Assembly: GCA_016205995.1 (NCBI GenBank)
Contig: JACQSJ010000024.1
Coordinates: 1-39,586, forward strand
DNA from: Candidatus Uhrbacteria bacterium
Lineage (GTDB): Bacteria; Patescibacteriota; Patescibacteriia; UBA9934; GWF2-40-263
Length of the DNA: 39,586 nt
Direction: 5' to 3'
Below the pieces are notes generated by a model. The model searched no databases. It was not told the DNA's origin and saw only the letters and a list, made by a program, of their open reading frames with translations. Made by a program: the position numbers and the translations under genes. Numbering within the stretch: the first letter of the stretch is position 1; the number at the start of each line of letters is the position of its first letter. This document shows positions 34,661 through 39,586 of the stretch, in pieces.

Positions 34661-34746
34661 TGGTGCGCGGGAGAGGACTTGAACCTCCACGGCCTTACGG
34701 CCACCAGCCCCTCAAGCTGGCGTGGCTACCATTACACCACCCGCGC
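34661..34746 (-). tRNA. tRNA-Leu (anticodon GAG), long variable arm, CCA encoded
   Basis: The reverse complement folds as acceptor GCGCGGG/CCCGCGC, anticodon stem CCAGC/GCTGG with loop TTGAGGG, variable arm TGGCCGTAAGGCCGT and T arm GGAGG-TTCAAGT-CCTCT. 86 nt. Confidence 0.9.
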
Positions 34747-34793
34747 ATTTCGTTGCGCCACGATCATACACGACGACCATCGCCCTGACAACC

Positions 34794-35531
34794 CTAGAAC
34801 ACCCTTGCCTTCCCAGTGATGACCCGCAACAGCAGCGGCTCGATGCCGATATCAAACCGCGTGGACTTCATCTCTTCCCCGTCGACGAACAACGAAATCG
34901 GCTTTTCAGACCGAATGGCCATGCTCTTGAGCGGTAGCACACTTTCCTTCAGTGACGTCTTGCCAAAAATGCCCCATCCTTTTTTTACGGCCGCACGGAT
35001 GACCGCCTCGAACTGTCCGTCGCGCGGGTCTGTGACGTCCGCCAGGTTACGAATCTCAAGCTCAGCCTGGCGCGCCACACTGGTCACGCGGAACTTATCC
35101 TCGCAGGTGATCTCGGCATGGAAGTTGGGCATCGAGAGCCCGGTCACGAACCGCCGCCCGTTCACGGTCCCCACGTCGATCTTCTCGACCCGGCGGGCGG
35201 AGAGCACGTCACACGCGGCCACACCGTCGGGAATCCCCATCATGCGAGCCAGCTCGTTGTTTGGTCCGATCGGGATGATGCCCAGGACTACCTCGTTGTC
35301 GGCGACTACGTCGATGACTTTGCGCACGGTCTCATCGTTCCCTACTACCACGATCGTCGAGACCCCTCGATCAATCTCATCGCGGATCATTTCCTCCGCG
35401 TCGCGGAACAGGGCCAGGCGCGTCACCTTCCCTGCGATCCCAAGGTCCGTGAGGCGATTCTCAATTTTTAAAAGTTCTCGCTCAAAGCGCTTATTCTCTT
35501 GGATGTATTCATCGTAAAGATAACAGTACAC
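34794..35531 (-). CDS. Diacylglycerol-kinase-family lipid kinase (YegS/LCB5-like catalytic domain)
   Basis: 245 aa. VVVGNDETVRKV takes the place of the GGDGT motif, followed by LGIIPIGPNNELAR (compare the consensus GxxPxGTxNDFAR). Confidence 0.7.
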   Translation of the reverse strand: MYCYLYDEYIQENKRFERELLKIENRLTDLGIAGKVTRLALFRDAEEMIRDEIDRGVSTIVVVGNDETVRKVIDVVADNEVVLGIIPIGPNNELARMMGIPDGVAACDVLSARRVEKIDVGTVNGRRFVTGLSMPNFHAEITCEDKFRVTSVARQAELEIRNLADVTDPRDGQFEAVIRAAVKKGWGIFGKTSLKESVLPLKSMAIRSEKPISLFVDGEEMKSTRFDIGIEPLLLRVITGKARVF

Positions 35532-35557
35532 AAATGGGTGGTGAGAGCGTTGGGTGG

Positions 35558-35965
35558 TTAGGTTATTATTTCTTCTTCATCCACTTTTTTTACCTTTCCT
35601 CCCTTTCCCTCCTCTCCCATGCTCACTTTCCCGTTCACCTGCGCTCCAGCGGCAACGGAAATGCGGCCTGTCACGATGTCCCCCTTTACGTGGGACGTCG
35701 CCAAGAGCTCGAGCATCTCCTCCGTAAAGATGTTCCCGACGACTTCCCCAGCCACGACCGCGCTTTTGGCCTTCACGTCCGCATGAATCTTTGCTGACTC
35801 CCCCACCGTGAGCGCGCTTTGTGTCTCCACACTCCCCGCCACCTCGCCGTCAATGACGACGTCCCCCTGTGAATGAAACTCCCCCTCAACGCGAACCCCC
35901 TGGGCAATGATGGTCTCCCCCGATGCAAAACTTGGCATATCACTCTTGTGTTTGTCCTTAAACAT
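35558..35965 (-). CDS. Bactofilin-family polymer-forming cytoskeletal protein
   Basis: 135 aa. Repetitive beta-helix pattern (GVRVEGEFHSQGDVVIDGEVAGSVETQSALTVGESAKIHADVKAKSAVVAGEVVGNI...) and a Lys/Glu-rich tail. Confidence 0.8.
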   Translation of the reverse strand: MFKDKHKSDMPSFASGETIIAQGVRVEGEFHSQGDVVIDGEVAGSVETQSALTVGESAKIHADVKAKSAVVAGEVVGNIFTEEMLELLATSHVKGDIVTGRISVAAGAQVNGKVSMGEEGKGGKVKKVDEEEIIT

Positions 35966-36050
35966 AGATTTCCTGGATCTTATCAGATACCCCCTCCGAC
36001 GCCCAGTCTCGCTGGGGTCGGAGCGTCGGGGCTGGTCAAACGAAAGTTAC

Positions 36051-37757
36051 CTACATCTCATCTACCGTCTCGATCCCGAGCAAATCCAAACCGTGAGCCA
36101 AGACTTCCCCAACGGCCTTCACCAAAGCTAACCTCTCCGAGAGCTCAATGCCCTCCCGCGTGAGCACCGGCACGTTCGCATAAAACTCGGCGAACGTCTT
36201 GGCGAGGTCGAAGAGGTACTGACACAGCATCGCCGGTTCGAGCTTCTGCGCCGTGTCAAACACGACCTCGGGATAGTTCGCCAACGCGATGATGAGGTGA
36301 TGCTCGACGGGATGCGTGAGGGTCGCGGTCGTGTGTTTCGATTTTTTTCGACCCGCTTTCTTCAGGAGACTGCGAATGCGCGCGTACGTATAGAGAAGGT
36401 ATGGACCCGTGAACCCCTCAAACGAAACTGCATCCTTGAGGTTGAAAATAATCTTCTTGCCGGTGTCTTGTTTGAGCATGGAAAAGCGCATCGCCGCAAA
36501 CGCGACCGCGCGCGTCACTTTCTCGATTTTTTTCTTGGTCCAGTCCCCATGTCGCGACTCGGTTTCCCGCCGCGCCTCTTGCAGGAGCTCATCGCGCAGA
36601 TCCTCGTATCGGATCACGTTGCCTTTGCGCGCGGCCATGGCGCCGCCTTCAAGCGTCACGAACTCGTAGGAGAGATGCTGGAGCTCGCGCTCAAAACCCA
36701 TCCGCTTAAGCGTGGCGAACAACTGACGCAGAGCATGCGACTGCCGCTCATCCACCACATAGATGGATCGTGTGGGGTGATAATCTTCTTCCTTCTTCAT
36801 GGCGAGCCCAAGGTCCTTGGCGTTGTAGAGCATCGTGCCATCGGTCTTGATAAGCAGATTCACACCCAGGTCCTCGTCTTGGAGGTCGACAATCCACGCG
36901 CCCTCCGACTCCTTCACGATCCCCCTCTTGATAAGATCCTCGATGATCTTCCTGGTCTTCCCGATCACGTCGCTCTCAAAATACCAGTGGTCGATCGTGA
37001 GACCGAGCTCATCGTAGACCTCCTTGAGGAACTCAATGGACCAGTCGCGCGTCTCTTTCCACAAAGCTAACTCGTCTCCGCGCCCATCTTCTAAATGACG
37101 GAAGGCCTCCGTGACCTGGGCTGAGAGAGCTGGTTGTTCCTCGAGTTTCGCGTTTGCCTCCACGTAGACGTCACGGAGAAAGGCTATGCGATTCTCTGGC
37201 TTCACCTCCTCGTCCTGGTGGTAAGTCTTCATGCCCCACACGGACTTGGCTACGTGGAGCCCAAGGTCGTTGATGTAGGCAACGGGAACCACGTCATACC
37301 CTGTTGCCTTGAGGAGGTTCACGGCCGCTTGGCCGACGAACAGGTTGCGCAAGTGGCCGATGTGGACGTCCTTGTGTGAATTGAGGTTGGCAAACTCCAC
37401 CATGAGGCGCTTGTCCGCGCCCACGTCAGAGGTTCCATACTCGTCGCCCAGTTCCTTCATTTCCGCATAGGTCGCCTCCCCGAACGCCTTGGTGTTGAGA
37501 ACGACATTCACGTAGGGACCGACCGCCTTGGCCTCCGCGATAAATCCCTTGGGACCAATCTTGGCTGCCAGCTCGGTCGCGATCTCGGCGGGGTTCCGCT
37601 TCAGGCTCTTGGCCAAATGAAAACACGGGAACGCCAAGTCCCCCATTTTCTGATCAGGGGGCGTCTCAAGATCTTCAATCGAAGGCACAAACCCTGGGGG
37701 GGCGGCCTGCTTGATCGCCTGGAGGATTTCTGTTTTAGCTTTTTGAATCGTGTACAT
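36051..37757 (-). CDS. argS: Arginyl-tRNA synthetase
   Basis: ORF trimmed to the ATG at 37757 (MYTIQKAKTEIL...), giving 569 aa. Class I HIGH-type motif (SHKDVHIGHLRN) and a C-terminal DALR anticodon-binding end (...GIETVDEM). The upstream 91 codons are an Arg/Ser-rich read-through of the valS 3' end. Confidence 0.9.
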   Translation of the reverse strand: MYTIQKAKTEILQAIKQAAPPGFVPSIEDLETPPDQKMGDLAFPCFHLAKSLKRNPAEIATELAAKIGPKGFIAEAKAVGPYVNVVLNTKAFGEATYAEMKELGDEYGTSDVGADKRLMVEFANLNSHKDVHIGHLRNLFVGQAAVNLLKATGYDVVPVAYINDLGLHVAKSVWGMKTYHQDEEVKPENRIAFLRDVYVEANAKLEEQPALSAQVTEAFRHLEDGRGDELALWKETRDWSIEFLKEVYDELGLTIDHWYFESDVIGKTRKIIEDLIKRGIVKESEGAWIVDLQDEDLGVNLLIKTDGTMLYNAKDLGLAMKKEEDYHPTRSIYVVDERQSHALRQLFATLKRMGFERELQHLSYEFVTLEGGAMAARKGNVIRYEDLRDELLQEARRETESRHGDWTKKKIEKVTRAVAFAAMRFSMLKQDTGKKIIFNLKDAVSFEGFTGPYLLYTYARIRSLLKKAGRKKSKHTTATLTHPVEHHLIIALANYPEVVFDTAQKLEPAMLCQYLFDLAKTFAEFYANVPVLTREGIELSERLALVKAVGEVLAHGLDLLGIETVDEM

Positions 37758-39586
37758 ACAGGTCTGCTTTTTTTCGTGCCTCTTCAAGATTCTGTCGCAT
37801 GGTTGCGACGACGTGCTCGGGGGCCTTGGACGTGAACTCCGCGTTGGCGAGCTTTGCTTCAAGCGTCTTGATGTAGTCTTGTGTCTCTTGCTGTTCGTGT
37901 GCTCGGCTTGCCCGCTCGGCTTCTTTGTCCACGAGCCCTTCGAGGGAAACAAACACCTGCCCGTCGACCACGACCGCCGATGCATACTCCCCCACGGGCG
38001 GCCGCGCTTCAAACGTGAGCTCGCCCACACCCGCGAGCGCCGCGATCACCGATGTGTGCTCCTTGAGCTTCCCACCCACGATCACCGCACGGATCTTTTG
38101 CTTGGGTGCGACGGTGAATTGAGAACGGATATTGCGAATGGCAACAATCAGGTTCTGCACTTGAGAGAACTCACGTTCGGCCGAGACATCGAAGTGATCC
38201 CCTGTCGCCATCGGCCACTCGTGGACGATCAACATGGTCTCCGGATCGATCTGCTTCCAAAGTTCCTCTGTCACAAACGGCATGAATGGATGCCAGTAGG
38301 TAAGAAGTCGCTCGAGGATGTATAGGAGAATCTTGTCCGTTGTCTCTCCTTTTTGAATCTTTGCGATCTCCAGATACCAATCGGCAAACTCGCTCCATGT
38401 GAAGTCGCGTAACTTCTCTCCCGCCTGAGAAAACTCATAACTCTCAAGATGATCCGTGACCTCTTTCTGAAGTGTATAAAATCGGGAGAGGATCCATCGA
38501 TCTGCAAGTGATTGTGGCGAGAGCTCAGATTCAGCGACATGACGCACCCCATCCACCTGCATGAACACGAAGCGAGAAATATTCCAGAGCTTGTTGGTAA
38601 AGTTTCGATAGCCGGCAACTTTAGCCTCGGAAAGTTTCGAGTCGTTGCCAGGTGTGGAGCCAATCGTAAGTGAGAGCCGCGTAGCGTCCGCGCCGTAGGC
38701 ACTAATCATGTCGAGTGGATCAATAATATTATCCAGCGACTTACTCATCTTGCGCCCCTGCTCATCCCGCACGAGTCCATGGAGGTACACTTTCTTAAAC
38801 GGGACTTGCCCGAGGGTATATGTCGTCATGAGAATCATACGAGCCACCCAAAAGAACAGGATATCGTAACCTGTTTCCAAAACGGTTGTTGGATGGAACG
38901 TCTTGAGGTCGGCCGTTTGGTCGGGCCAGCCCAGCGTTGAGAACGTCCAAAGCCCAGAGGAAAACCACGTGTCGAGGGTGTCGGGATCTTGTTCCCATCC
39001 ATTGCCTTGCGGTGGCTCGACTGCTACATAGGTCGCCTGGGTCTCATCGGACCTATACCAAACCGGCACGCGATGGCCGAACCAAATTTGCCGACTGATA
39101 TTCCAGTCACGAAGGTTATCGATCCAATGGAAGTAGGTCTTATCGAACCGCTCAGGGATGATGCGTATTTGTCCCGATCGGACCACATGTGACATGAGCT
39201 CTTTAAGTGTTACGGACTGCCCGTCCACGATCCCCTCGATAGGCGCGTGTTCACTTGCTCGAAATGCGAACGGCTTGTTCACATCGATGAACCACTGAAG
39301 TTTTGGAAGCGGTTCAACGGTTGTGCCACAGCGATAACAGACGGAAAGATTGTGCACGTAATCCTCATCAATGTGGTCGACGAGTCCCTTCTTTGCGAGT
39401 TGAGAGACGATCTCTTCCCGTGCCTCGTGAGCATTCCTTCCCGCAAACGACCCGGCGGCCTGTGTCAGATTTCCATCCTCGCCAATAATCTTCACGATCT
39501 CAAATCCGTATTTCTTCGCGAGCTCAAAGTCGACAAAACTATGTGCGGGGGTGATCGTCATGGCACCGGACCCCATCTCCCTATCA
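37735..39586 (-). CDS. valS: Valyl-tRNA synthetase, 5'-truncated by the window edge
   Basis: The frame is open to nt 39586. GSGAMTITPAHSFVDFE (compare GTGAVKITPAHD), KMSKS motif (RKMSKSLDN) and a C-terminal coiled coil. Overlaps argS by 23 nt. Confidence 0.92.
   Translation of the reverse strand, partial: DREMGSGAMTITPAHSFVDFELAKKYGFEIVKIIGEDGNLTQAAGSFAGRNAHEAREEIVSQLAKKGLVDHIDEDYVHNLSVCYRCGTTVEPLPKLQWFIDVNKPFAFRASEHAPIEGIVDGQSVTLKELMSHVVRSGQIRIIPERFDKTYFHWIDNLRDWNISRQIWFGHRVPVWYRSDETQATYVAVEPPQGNGWEQDPDTLDTWFSSGLWTFSTLGWPDQTADLKTFHPTTVLETGYDILFFWVARMILMTTYTLGQVPFKKVYLHGLVRDEQGRKMSKSLDNIIDPLDMISAYGADATRLSLTIGSTPGNDSKLSEAKVAGYRNFTNKLWNISRFVFMQVDGVRHVAESELSPQSLADRWILSRFYTLQKEVTDHLESYEFSQAGEKLRDFTWSEFADWYLEIAKIQKGETTDKILLYILERLLTYWHPFMPFVTEELWKQIDPETMLIVHEWPMATGDHFDVSAEREFSQVQNLIVAIRNIRSQFTVAPKQKIRAVIVGGKLKEHTSVIAALAGVGELTFEARPPVGEYASAVVVDGQVFVSLEGLVDKEAERASRAHEQQETQDYIKTLEAKLANAEFTSKAPEHVVATMRQNLEEARKKADLYVHDSKS

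Noticed and set aside
35993-36022. A GC-rich hairpin, CTCCGACGCCCAG...CTGGGGTCGGAG, lies downstream of argS.
   Set aside because: It is most simply a weak terminator or mRNA-stabilising stem, since no clear T-run follows. It is not repeated elsewhere in the window.

Overview
The window is a compact, mostly minus-strand bacterial segment that uses the standard genetic code: UGA acts as a stop, and prfB carries the classical CUU-UGA-C +1 frameshift. Gene content suggests a small-genome, CPR/Patescibacteria-like organism, based on a short YidC, many 1-4 nt gene overlaps and a giant Cys-rich surface protein. That placement is inference only.

Housekeeping genes recognised from their translations:
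- Translation and tRNA: serS, prfB, argS, valS (5' end runs off the window), tRNA-Val(UAC), tRNA-Leu(GAG).
- RNA modification: rsmA/ksgA, tsaC-like.
- Chaperones and membrane insertion: groES-groEL with a CIRCE operator, yidC.
- Other: galE-like epimerase, nusA, yraN, a VOC/glyoxalase protein, a DAG-kinase-family lipid kinase, a bactofilin, an O-antigen-ligase-like membrane protein and two Hanks-type Ser/Thr kinases.

Accessory or unusual content:
1. An IS200/RAYT-type HUH transposase gene is bracketed by perfect 27-nt palindromic hairpins (1715-2529).
2. A roughly 3.3-kb mosaic island (about 5340-8640) is organised by three copies of a 36-bp palindrome, a repeated 21-bp box and paralogous promoter or promoter-plus-terminator modules. 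It encodes a winged-helix plus Cas2-like (PaaX-like) protein, a secreted HExxH protein, a small secreted Cys protein and a Cys-rich lipoprotein. This is my best candidate for an undescribed system.
3. A 10.1-kb gene encodes a 3372-aa secreted, acidic, Cys-rich protein. It is tightly coupled to an upstream membrane protein with calcium-binding DxDxDG repeats.
4. Smaller oddities:
   - a C8/G7/G7 homopolymer cluster inside a glycan-locus gene;
   - long CATTGCGAG-type hairpins;
   - a duplicated tRNA-Val 5' end;
   - an octamer microsatellite inside rsmA;
   - an unassigned GC-rich non-coding stretch at the left edge.

I recognised no Cas, restriction-modification, toxin-antitoxin or reverse-transcriptase genes. 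All functional calls rest on motifs read from the supplied translations, and no database search was possible.
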